From: Paramecium tetraurelia
Taxonomy: Eukaryota
DNA length: 64,000 nucleotides
Assembly: GCA_000165425.1 (NCBI GenBank)
Contig: CT868029.1
Span: 1-64,000, forward strand
Direction: 5' to 3'
The notes under the pieces were generated by a model, which saw only the letters and a list, made by a program, of their open reading frames with translations, was not told where the DNA came from and searched no databases. Numbering within the stretch: position 1 is the stretch's first letter; every line of letters begins with the position of its first letter. A program made the translations under genes and the position numbers. This document shows, in pieces, positions 26,614-39,139 of the stretch.

Positions 26614-28790
26614 ATGGATGATTTATTAGAAGAGAAATGTTCTTAACATGATTTAGAATTTATCGCAGTTAAAATTGGGTTAGATAATTAAGACTAGAAT
26701 AAATATTTATGTCCTCAATGTTTAATTGAATTAATAAACCCAAAAGAGTTGATACTAATTAGAGAAGCAAAACGATAAATACAGATTAAAAAAAACTAAA
26801 TTTCAAAAAGTATTGAAGAAGAATGCAAACAAAAAATAAACTTAGCCACTAATCTGAAAAATAGTCTTTAAGAGATAAAAAGTCCTTTCGAATAACTATT
26901 TATAAAACTCAATGAAGAAATTGATTAATTTAAAATCTAAAATGAAAAACAGAAGTAAGAAAGTCAGATAATTACACCTGGCAACTTAGATACAGATTTA
27001 GCATTATTAGCTGATGAAGAAACTAATTAGTTATAATAAAAGACTTAAGAAAATGATTTACTGTTAATATAGTCATTACTCAAATAATTTTAATTTTGCC
27101 AAATATCTAGTCTTTCAAAATAAAAGATTATAGAAATTATTTCAAAATGTGTATGATATATCCAAATTACAAATAGAGATTGAAGATGAAAGAATTTAAA
27201 ATGCCAAAGTAATTATTATTTTTTAATTAAGCTAACCCCATCCTTAAAGTTTCGATGTTAAAATCATGGTTAAGAAATTATTATGGTCTAACTTGATCAT
27301 CAAAATAAGAAGCTTGAACAATACTCTTGTGTTTAATGTATTTCAGAGAATTAAGGAAAGTATATGACACTCTAGTAATTGTAGAAATCGATTTAAGATT
27401 ATTATTAAGTATCAGAAAAATCATTAAAATATTGTTAAAAATTAAGAAAGAAGCATACAAATGAGATAATTAAATTCTGTAAGGAATTATGTGATAAATA
27501 TGTTGAAATCATAAATTTACATATTAAAGAATTGGAAGAAAATTTTAAGTCTTTTGAAAAGATAATAGAAACAAACCTATAATTCAAGGATCATAATATC
27601 TTTTAATTAGAATTGGAGGAAATAAATTAGATTTTATTGCCATTATGCTAAAATTCAAACTATTATTATTAAATAATTGAATAATAAATTGAATTAGACA
27701 AACAATTATATGTCAAATTTGAAGAATAAATACAAGAATTTTGTGAATTTTCAAGGGAAAAATTTAATTTAATCAAGCTTGAATAAGAGGATCATTAAAA
27801 CATTTTGAAAAAATTAGAAGAAGATTAACAATAAGATTAATTATATTTAGATAATGAAATAAACAGGGTTCAATCAAAATATATGAAAAAACACCCGCCT
27901 GCTAAAAAAAAGAGAAATTTATGAATTATATAATCAAAAAAATAATAAATTTAAAATATAATTTCATTAGAAAATAAACTAAGAGCACAATTGTGCACAA
28001 GAAAAGGAATTTCTTAATTAAATACTAAAACACAAATAGAATCTTTAGTTGAACTAAAGACCAAACTTAATTCAGTTTTATTTTGTAACTAAATATAAAA
28101 AGAAATCCTATATAAGCTGATAAAAAATGCTAGCCTTGATAAGAAAATAAATAAGGTTATATTTTCGATATAAATTGTAGTATAACTAAAAATCTCTTAA
28201 AATTAATAATAATAAATTGCACAACAAAAGTAAAAAATTAAAAATTTCAGAAAGATATTTTAACAGCCTCAATTTAATTATAGTTATAAATAGGCTTGGT
28301 TTTAAGCAGTCAACACGAAAGTATTTTCACTTTGAATTTTCTGCATCCTTCAGGAGGGCGTGGATTGAGTGTTATAAAATTTCCTTACTAAAGGCAAAAT
28401 AATAGAATTCATTATGAAAAGAAATATGGCGTTTATTCTATGAAGAAATGTGATATTTGGGCAAAGAGTTAATATACGCCACGTTAATAACCTAAAGATT
28501 TTATTTATGATATGCAAGTACAATATACATCAGAAAACCACTTTATTTACCTTTCGTGATTTGGTGGGTTTGTCATTTCAGGCTATAAAGGTTATATTGT
28601 TTCTATTTTATTTATTACAAAAGTACTTCACAAAATAACTTTCTATTATTAAGCAGATTTTGTAATTATAACTAATAGTAATTAAAATGGAAAACCATAT
28701 GAAATGGAGGGAGCTAAAAATGCTTTAGAATTTTCCCTTTGTGTCATGCTTTATGGAGGCGCATAAATAGAATTTATATGAAATTTAACA
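26614..28790 (+). pseudogene. Zn-finger/coiled-coil gene with decayed TLDc-like 3' part; frameshifted
   Basis: CSQHDLEFIAV..YLCPQCL and CQNHGQEIIMV..SCVQCI motifs; apparent 1-nt insertion ~27134 gives TGA at 27154; 3' part (FGGF, GKPYE) is broken. Confidence 0.6.
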
Positions 28791-28879
28791 ATAACATTTT
28801 CAAAATATATTATATATAAAGGAAATTATATACTATAATATTATAATTTGAGCATGAATAATGCAAGAACAAAGTTGAA

Positions 28880-30047
28880 TCAAACATAATTATTTAGGTT
28901 ACTGCGATGATAATATGCCTTATTAATTTTCCATAATTTATAATGGCTTGTGAATTTCCAAAAGTAATAAAATTAGATGATGTCTTGAGCATTTTTAGTT
29001 TTAATCTTAAATTAGGAAATATTTTACAAGATGGGATAAGAATTCATACTATTTGCCATATCTGCAGAGTCCGCATTCAAATATAGCGATTTCTTTAGGT
29101 GTCCAGGTTTCTTAAATATAGAAATATTTGTAATACCAAATGCAAAATCATTTCTTAATGGAGATATAAGGATATCTAAGACATCTTATTAAAGCAGAGA
29201 ATAAACATTGATATTAGTGGACTGTTGTTGCTATTGCTCGGTTTATTCCTGATTTGGTGAATCATTATCGAGGATCTTCTTTTTTCTTCCAGGTTTCTTT
29301 TCCTTGAATTTAGAAAGGTATATGAACCTGCTTGAGTTCTTTCTTTGAATCTATCAGGCCTTTTTCTTTCATAAACTCTGCCAATTTTTGATCACTCTTA
29401 TAATACAATTGGACCACCACACTTAGAAGACTCTCTAATGCGTTGACCCACAATGGTTAAGTTCCTTTGAATCTATATTGTCCTCCTTGTGGCAGTTTCT
29501 TGGTGAATATGAGTGGAGTGATTGAGTTTGGCGGTAAAAACTTACTATGTAAAAATAATAAGAAAAAATAAATGTTCGATATATGGGTTAGAATTGAGAT
29601 TGATTTGAAAATGGTCTTACTCTAATAATACTTCGTCAATCAATGCATCTGCATTACTTTTCTTTTTATATTGATTTATTTATTATGTTGGAAGCTCTAG
29701 ATATCCGGTACTAAAATAATAATAAGGAAGCAATGAAAATATAAGTGAAATGTGAAAACTACAATTGTAGTCATTAAAAATTGAAATAGATTGATAGTTA
29801 CATACATATGAGAGCCTTGTCCAGCAAGATGTTTAATTTATTAAATGACTTATTTTTGCTATTCATTAACTCTGATGGAATTGCATTACTAATCAATTAC
29901 TAAATTAATTTGAATACTAGTACTAGCATTCTCAGCACTTCCATCCATTTTTATTACTTTTCTTATGCTTTAATCGAGTCCATTAATGTCCTCACATTAA
30001 GTACAATTATATTTATTTTGTTGCTTTTCATCTGACTGATCCTTCAT
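28880..30047 (-). CDS. SANT-domain protein (MTA/MIER-type SANT)
   Basis: ETWTPKEIAIFECGLCRYGKQYEFLSHLIKTKNAQDIIQFYYFWKFTSHYKLWK; introns of 95 nt (29711-29805), 76 nt (29545-29620) and three of ~22-26 nt; start codon uncertain. Confidence 0.8.
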
Positions 30048-30979
30048 TACTTGCTACCGACTTAATATAATCAAAAGCAGACCTCTCTAAAATTGAATTA
30101 TGCTTATTGAAAATAATTAATTTTTTTCATAGTATTTCAAAACCTTTAAATTCTAAAGCATTTGAATAGGTACATTTCTAAACAGAAAACGTTATGATAA
30201 TACTTACTTAACATTTCATAAACTTTAATTCATTTTCCATTTATTAATTCATTTTGTTTTCAATAAGTCCCCCTGCACTCAATTCCATTTTCCCTAATCA
30301 TTGATTTGATTATTCAATGAATTTACTCTTGAATGATGAGATTCTCATAAAATTTCAAAGAATAGATAATAACATAAGAATAATGATGGTAGGCTTAATT
30401 GCTTATTAATTCATAAAGTCATTGTATTTTGCTATAAGAATTAGAAAATCGCAGAATTCTAAGATGTTTGCCTTCCTCTTTCTTATTCTTTATTAGGTGA
30501 AGAAAAAACAATTATGTTGAATTACTTTTAAATGAGATAAACAAATTAGGGTTTTGAGAATGCCATGAACATTCAACTTATGTAATTTGTAGTTTAATAT
30601 AAAAATAACTCCATTTATTATAGACATGGAAAAAATTATAAATTTCTAATAAGTTCACATTAAGTATCCATTCCACTTAAAAAACCTTCATTTAGTCTAA
30701 TTTATATATAAAGCTCGATTTCTGAATATAATAATCCTTTAGAATTATGATTTACTTAAATAATTGTTATTTGATGTATATCCATAAGTGCATATTTATT
30801 TATCATTGATGTTATTGTAAATCAATATCTTTTACAGCAATTGATATTGTACAATAATTCTATTAATTAGATTCATAGATTTTAAGCAAAATAGAAAGTT
30901 AGTTTATATAAAACCTTTGTTTTGATTAATAAATTATAATATAGAAATTTAAATATGTAATAAAATTTATTATATTTAA

Positions 30980-32190
30980 TCATTGCAATTATTCATTAGT
31001 TAATATATTATACCTTCTATTTACACTATTAATACTGATTTTCCTTTTATGTTAAATTTAATCGATTGAAACAATTTCATGATTGTACCTGTCACTCCTT
31101 TAAGGTGACAGATTACCTGAAACACTATTGGACTTTTTTCTGTTTTTTATATTTCTATTTTTTACTTTACCAAACGTCCCTTCAAATCTTCTGGATTTTT
31201 CCTGAGTTAAATCCAAGGAGTGATCATTGCTTAAATCATTTTGGAGATAGACATTTCCTTTAGTTTCTGATGTTTGGATGGTATGATCTTTAAATTAATG
31301 ATGTAGAAACTTGGGAGAGGAATCAATAAGTGGATATTGATTAGTTCCTATATTTTCCTATTCAATAATCTAATCGTCATTTAACACATTAAACATTTAT
31401 TGTTATCCAAAGGAGATTCTGTTTGGTTTGTGAAAGTTTGGTTCTTTTGAGGAGATTGTCTAATTTGGAGTATCTCTCATAAGTGTAGGATAAGTTTAGG
31501 CATCTGATTCAGTTTTGATTATTTTATATTACTAATTTTAACTATTCTACATAGCTAATTTAGTGATCTTCTCTTTTAACTGATCTTTGAGTATATTAGT
31601 TTTCATCAATTTCTCACTCAGCTTATTCGAAAGTTGAGAAGTAGATGTGAGTTTACTAGATGATAAATACTAGCTTTAGTTTTACTCTTGAACCCTATTA
31701 ATAAGGGATTTCAAAGGATCTACATCGGTTGTTACAATTTTCTTTATCATTGATTAGAATTTGTCATTGCTTCCTTATTTTTGAGTGGGTTTTTAATCGG
31801 ATGAGTACCATGATTTATTATTGCTATTAGGTTACTACTCAGAAGTTTGTGATTATGTTTCTGTAAAATATTAATTAACTATCTGAAGTACTTTTGTTAG
31901 CAAAGTAGAGTACTACAAAGTGTCGAGCATTTGCAAAAACTTATCTTTGTTCCCACATCTCTGAATAAAAAGCTTATTTAATTGATGATTTCCATGTACT
32001 ATTGACAGAAAAAGAAATAGATTGCATTGTAAATTTTGATCATATATATCAGTTTTCATTGAAAAACTGTTGGTCATGGTATTTTTTGTATTGGGACTCA
32101 AGTAAATAGTGTTGTTCATTCCCTAGGATAAGTAAATTAAGTTACAATCGAAGTGTCTAAAATAAATGAATTGCCATATTATTTTTTCAT
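30980..32190 (-). CDS. Hypothetical low-complexity (S/Q/K-rich) protein
   Basis: MKKQYGNSFILDTSI|GMNNTIYLSP..; open in the ciliate code with short introns; TGA 30980. Confidence 0.7.
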
Positions 32191-32213
32191 CCTATAATTA
32201 TTTTATTAATACA

Positions 32214-33043
32214 ATGGATTTTTAATCGCGTTTTAAGGGAAAGATGACCGTGATGAATAAAGATGGAGTGATAGGAATGGTCAGCAAGCCTTCAATTCCC
32301 ATTGCTAAAAATAACCAATACATGGCTTCGTAGGATGAAATCTCTCCAACCCTCCCGACACTCGGACATTACACTGAAGGAATAAGGGAAACCAAATCTC
32401 ATATTTTCACCCATATCCAATCATCACCTAATCAAGGAAACTCAACCAACTATGCTTAGAAGTTTTCTAATGCGGGCTCTTAAGTTGTTAAATAAAATCA
32501 TGTTAAAACAGAACATCCTTATTATCTAGATGATCCCAAGAAACAGCAAAATCAATATCAATTCAGAATGCAATAGGATTTTAATTAACTGGATATGGAT
32601 GAATACGAAATAGTTGCCATTCCAAAAACGATGTTAGGTTAACTTCGCCAATAAATGAGTGTTGATAAGTACGGACTAACTCGGAGCTTCGGTCCTGATA
32701 AGAAAATGCCAATGGAGTATTTTATTTGGTTTAGGTAGATTCTCTTAACTATCACCTTAAATTACTACTTAATGTCCCAGTTACAATTAGACGCCTCTCC
32801 TCAAAAAACAGAACACCATCGATCAAATACTTAAGCCCCCATTAAATAAGCAAAAGTCGGAGAAGATGGAGAAAAAAAACTAAATCATCTAACAAGCAGG
32901 CATTGGAACTTTAAGATACAAGTATATAAAATACATATTAACACTAGTTCCTATAGTAAAAGATGAGTTTTATATTATTATTAATAAATTTTGTTTTAGG
33001 AATACTTTTTATTCATTCAAATCACATAAATGTAGATGATTGA
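32214..33043 (+). CDS. Hypothetical protein
   Basis: MDFQSRFKGKMTVMNKDG..RILFIHSNHINVDD*; two short introns. Confidence 0.7.
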
Positions 33044-33139
33044 ATGCACTACTAAAATTTAATACAAATAGTTATTTTTGTTAAATATATATTTTATAAT
33101 TTGAGTAAATTTAATTATATTATATTGCATCACAATACA

Positions 33140-33843
33140 ATGTCTAAAAGACTAACAATCTCAAAATTCAATCCCTATAATACTCAAGATGTCCCTGAAT
33201 TGGAAAGGGTTGAAACTTACAGGACATTTTATAAAAAGAGATTTAGAAAGCTTCAAGCAGAGGAGAGTCCAGTCTAACAAGTTGCTCCACAAAGTATCCT
33301 ATTGAAACCGGGATAGATTCCATTCAAAAGATCTTTTCAAAAACCTAAAGATGACATCATCGACGTTAAAAAATTGTAATTACAATTGATAACAAATAGT
33401 TAGATCTGTGAATTGTGGAGTTATAAATATAATCATGTTGTACAGAAGGTATCCAAACTAAACAATGTGAGTGAAATTCTAGAAATTCAGAGACAGTAAT
33501 AACAAAAGTCCTAAAAATATAAAACTCAAATTTCGTATTTTATTGTTTCATTTTTATAGATCAGATCAAATACCTTATAATTCCAATTTCTTTTCAGAAA
33601 AAAGCAAACTCAAAACTACTATATCGGATTACACTTTGCCAAAAATAGAATCATTATCTTCCTTTTAAAAGTAAGAAAAACAAAGCTTTTAATTTAAGTC
33701 CATTATCCCCAGAGAAAATTGTTACTAGTACTTAAAGTACCAAAATTAACAATGCATCTGAATTCAAAAGGAAACTCAAAGATTTAATTGATACGTGCGA
33801 TAATGCCTAATTATTTAGACCAAACAAATTTAGTAAGATATGA
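33140..33843 (+). CDS. Hypothetical protein
   Basis: MSKRLTISKFNPYN..DLIDTCDNAQLFRPNKFSKI*; one intron ~33535-33559. Confidence 0.7.
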
Positions 33844-33973
33844 TTAACGAATTTATTTTATTTTTCATTTAATTAACTTATTCATCCTTAGATATTGTAT
33901 GTATTATTTTATACTTAATGTATATTATTAACATAAATCCTTGTTAAATTTAGGTAATTAGAACCGAAAATAT

Positions 33974-35059
33974 ATGGAACTTAATATTAATTTTCATAAT
34001 AATATGCATCACGAAAGAAGTAAACATTCTAGAGCTGACCTTTTACATTTGTTCTTTCCAAATGAAGATAATTTCTCAAGGTTTTGCAGGAGATTGAAAA
34101 AATGCAAGTCAACATTTTTAGGTTGCATTTACTAATTGACTCATTAGACGATTATTGACATACTGATTTCATTAGCTACTAAAGGGTGTAGAGTTGACAT
34201 AATTATGGATTTAAATTCAGAGGAATTTGAAGAAAGAAAGCAAATAATTATCAATAAACTATTAGTTATGAGTGGATTCAAAGTCAATGTTTCTTTGATT
34301 GAATCCAAAGGATTAATGCATAGCAAATTTTGCGTCATTGATGGCAAACTCACTATGGTAGGAAGTGCGAATTGGACCTATTAAGCATTTTCAAACAACT
34401 TTGAGCACATTTCAATCATTAGTGACACCAAAACAGCAAAATAATTTACGGAATCTTTCAAAAACATCTGGGATTAAGCGAAGTAAGCTAAATTCATTGA
34501 TTCGTAGATTGTATATTAACCAAATAAAAATTGCATTGAGTTTAAATCATATAAAAAAAATACACTTAAATTGAGGATAAAAAAAAGAAAATTTAAAAGG
34601 AGATTCCGACAATAAAAATAATATCAAAGGTTTAAATCAAAGAATAAATCGTAAGAAAAGTAGCGATTGATACCTGAATTAAAAGTGAAAGAAATAGGTT
34701 AATATGAAAACTCAAAGGGATTTCAGTAAAGTGATGAATAACAAAAAATGTAATTTACTAATTCAAATAAAACGTAAGATTTTCTTGAGAATCTAAAGTT
34801 AAACGAAGAATAAAAATATGACTATTCAGATTTTGCAAAAAAAGTTGACAATAATACTCATACCATTAAGTATACGAATAATAATAATGCTCATCAAATT
34901 TCTACTCCATGGCTAATCTAAAATTAATAATTATTTTTTCCAAATATAATTAAAGGTCCATCAAAACAGAAGTAATCTTAGAAAAAAGAACAAAATTTTA
35001 TCATTATAGATGATGAAGATGTACAAATCATCACAGATTTCTCAAAGGATAACCTTTGA
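33974..35059 (+). CDS. Single-HKD phospholipase D/nuclease (PLD6/Zucchini/Nuc-like) with low-complexity C-terminal tail
   Basis: Intronless, 361 aa; LMHSKFCVIDGKLTMVGSANWTYQAFSNNFEH matches HxK(x4)D(x6)GSxN; LFFP and CIYQLT upstream elements. Confidence 0.9.
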
Positions 35060-35709
35060 ATTTTTTGTTATATTTAATAATATAAGTAAGTAAATAAATA
35101 GCGAGCCATTTTATTATTATTATAAAATATAACCATATACTACATTTTTAGATAAGATTATTCTTCATCATTCTCAAAGTTGTCATCATTTGATAACTAG
35201 TCTTTTCTCATCAGATTGGTTGCTCCTATTTGAATGGATTTCGTAGTATATCTAGTTGCTTTTGGATTTTCTGAAGTTTGTTATTGGATATCTTCAGTAT
35301 TTGCAGATGTAATAATTCTCTTTATATGTTGATTAGTTATTTCATTACTTTAGATTTTTTATAATTATAAATTAAGTAAAATTGTATCGCCGTTTTAATA
35401 GTAATCACTTCATTTTTTATGGTAAATGCTAAATTCAAATAACATCTATTATTAGTTTTAAATCATAATAAAACTAAAAATTAATTTTAATTTAACCTTG
35501 TAAATAGTTTAATTTATTTGATAAGAATTAACCTTTTGCTAAATTATATTAAGATATTAAAAACCTAATATGTATATATTTGGATTTTGTGTTAAAAACT
35601 AATAAATTAATTAAATCACTTTTGTGTCCTTATTGTACAATATTAAACTGTATTCTATTTGTTAATATTATTAAACATTAGTTCTTAATTATAAAATATA
35701 TATACAAAG

Positions 35710-36669
35710 TCATTGTGATTCAAATACTCTTAATTTACTTAATTTGCCTTTCGATTTATTATAATCTAGCGATAAGTAAATATTTCCTTTTGCATTCGAT
35801 ATAAATTTTGTGTGCTCTTTTTAACTTTTCATTGCTTTGTATTCTTTATTCTCATCTAAATTCAGAGAATAATAAGTTTTATGAGAGGTTGAAAATATTA
35901 CTGCTCCTGTTAAAAAATATAATTCGAATTAACTATTTAGACTTTTTAAAATAGGATCTAATTGGATTATTTATTATTTTTTTAATGTTTTTAGATTCCA
36001 TACTATTAAACCACTAGTACAAAGTATGAAGACTAAACCTTGATCGTTAAATGTAATATCAAAAATGTTACATTTTGCGTTATATATATGTAAGGGTTAA
36101 AAATGATAGTATTTGTAAACTATTAATTTTTTATGGCATATCGATAGTATAAGTTTTTATTAATCAAAATATTTTATTTTTTCCCCTTAGATTTGATATT
36201 TTCTTAATTTTTTGGCATTTTGTCTTACTTAAAATTAAAATATTCCCATTAAGTCTTCCAGTGATGGTTAATTGCAGCTTGTGTTGATTAAATTTATGGA
36301 GGGATTTAAATTAAATTTTAAAGGGAAATGAAGTGAATTATCAATATTCAAGAGCGATTTATGGTAATAAATAAGCCATTAATTATATTTTTCAGAATAT
36401 CTAAAATTTGTGTAGTAGATTTTGTGATTTTTTCTGTAAACCACCCCTAAATAGTTTTCATAAGGATGAAGCATAAAATCCTCTATATCCCAATAACATA
36501 AAAAATTTCGTTATTCTTATTAAATCTAATAACATTTTCCAACTTTTCGATAATATGTTAAGTAGGTATACTTTAGAATTACGAATTAAGAGCCATCATA
36601 ATTCATGGATATTAGACTAAGTGATAGATCGGTTAATTTAATATCACTGATGTTTTGAAAATTGCGCAT
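35710..36669 (-). CDS. Hypothetical protein, possibly a divergent beta-propeller
   Basis: Intronless 319-aa ORF; NIFDITFNDQGLVFILCTSGLIVWNLKT resembles a WD-like blade. Confidence 0.65.
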
Positions 36670-36844
36670 TTAAAACAGACGTGATTATAAATAAAATAGA
36701 AATCTTCAAAAAAAATAATTTGTTTTATGGACTTATAAAAGAATTTACTGATTATTTCTACTATCTTCTTTTTAATTTACAAATCAAGCCTAAGCTTCAT
36801 CTAAATTAACAAAAGATTTGTATAATAATTATGTTTATTTTATA

Positions 36845-38927
36845 TCAATCAAATCTGATACGTCTTAAATTTGCAGCCAAAACAGAGTCATCAGCTTGAA
36901 TAATTTCAAACTTCTTTTGAATAAAAGAAAATTAGATTTCCTCTAAACAATCCTAACTTTATGAGAATTTAACTGTTTTTCCTTTATAAACTTCCTCATC
37001 AAATCCTTAGACGACAACACCAGGAGGAATCTTGATAGATTTAACTTGGCTGATCTTTTCCTATAATGATATCATAATAGAGTATTACTCTTGCAAGTGA
37101 TGGAGTATCTCTACAGACCTCAAATTTAGTTCCCTTGAATCCACATTCAGTATACAATTCAACGCAATCTTCTTTTAATTCATAAAGTAGTTGGAATTCT
37201 CTGAAACCCCATGATTCATCATCAGCAGCTTAATCTAGTGTAGAACTCAAGACTATATTGGCAGTAGGGTTAGAGTGTTCAATAATGACATCAACATTGA
37301 AGAAGTAAGTCATCCAAGTGCTTTGAGGAGCTCCACAGATTTTGGCTTATCCTGGAGTACTGAATCCGAATGATCTTTCAAAGACAACTTTGCCATCAAC
37401 AAAGACTTAGAACTTTTCATCATCCCATGAGTCGATCTTCCAGAATTAGAATTGAACTCTGAGTCTAGAATGTTTTGGAAGATTGAAATTTCTTTCAGCC
37501 TTAGCTTTGGATCCAAATCTTTGATAACCACCAAACAATTTCTTTTATCCGCAAGTTGAAAATGGATTTTAATTTTGGAATACACTTGATGGAACCCAAT
37601 CATACAATCCTTAGAAATCTTATTCATCATTAAAGAAGAATCTGTTCAATGTCATCCATTTAACTAATCAATTTATATATCTATTTAATTACTTCCTTCT
37701 TTGCATTCACCATTGACAAGATCAAAACCTTATCCACATGAAGTACAATCAGATTTAGCTGGTCCAGTGCAACCTGTGCATCCTTTGAAACATTGAGCAG
37801 CGAATAATTGGAAATCTCTAACTCCCCATGATTCATTCTCAGGTGGTTCATCCAATGTGGATTTCATTAAGACTTTGACTTCAGGGAATTTGTGAGGGAC
37901 ATTAATTTCGATATTAACTATCTTTTCAGCCCATCCTTCTCCTTATTTGGCACCTGTATCAACACCACAGAGATCTACTCCTTCATTATAGGCAAAGGCT
38001 TATCTGAATTTCTCCTAATCATCAATTTCCATTAAGAACAACTCATTATCCCAAGAATCAATCTTCCACATTTATACCTTGACCTTAACTTAAAAGTGGG
38101 GTGGTAAATTAGTGAATCTTTTCCATAAATTGGCTTTTCTTCCTAATTTTCCATAACCACCAAAGAGTTGTACTCCTGCACATTCATTTGATTCAGCCTT
38201 TCCTTCTCCATCCAATGTCCATCCTTCTAATGAAATTTACTTATTCCAATTAGTAGCTACATTTGTCCAAAAGAAACAATTGTCTGGCTTATTATCTCCA
38301 CATACTGCACATTCTGAATGACATCTTTAGAATGATATTTTGAAATCTCTGAATGCCCATGATTCCTATTATGATTAATATGATTATCCTTACATTCAAA
38401 GCATCTTCGTCCAAATTGGATGTCAATACTATGCTCACTGTTGGTGAATTGTGAGGAACTTCAAATTCTATGTTATAAAAGGCTTCTTTCCAATCATTTG
38501 CAGCTCCACATAAATTAGCTCCTTCAGAATAGTGCCATTTTGCTTGCCAAATGAAACCATCAACCAAAACAAACATTATTTCGTTATCCCAACTATCAAT
38601 TCTATTATTTTAGTTATTTAATCAATATTACTTCCATAACTGAACATTGATCTTTAATTTATAATGTGGTGGAAGTGCTAATTATTTTAAAGCTGTTGCT
38701 CCTTTTACCAAAAGCTCCATATCCACCAACCAAACTAATTTTGTCGCACTTACTAAAAGTGTTTCCTTTAAATGCTTTCTTTACAACCCAACCTAATTAT
38801 TAATTTCCACATCATTACCATCCAAGTCATTTATTTCAGCTGATGTAAATGCTGTATAATGGGTTACCCAAGGATCCTATGCTAATAAGATCTACACACT
38901 CAACAATACAAGTATGATTGTCTTCAT
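36845..38927 (-). CDS. PCM-family-like secreted/membrane protein: three PPH..KIDSWD..ESW repeats, furin-like Cys motifs, C-terminal beta/gamma-crystallin domain
   Basis: Signal peptide MKTIILVLLSVQILLA; three WKIDSWD domains; CFKGCTGCTGPAKSDCTSC; CVELYTECGFKG..VKSIKIPPGVVVQGFDEEVYKGK. Confidence 0.85.
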
Positions 38928-39139
38928 AAAATATTAATATTAATGCTAACCATAATTCTCTTAAAAACGAATACTTTAAAATTTATAATATCCAATATAT
39001 ATATTTTTAAATGGTCTATTGCATCATCCTTTTATTCATCCCCACTATCGAAAAACCACTCTCTTCTGCAATCAAATTTCTATAAGAATTCAAATAAATG
39101 TGAATTATATTTATATAATCTCATTCTTGCTTCTTTTTC

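Noticed and set aside
35100..35420. Minus-strand coding-like fragment
   Set aside because: No convincing start, stop or motif
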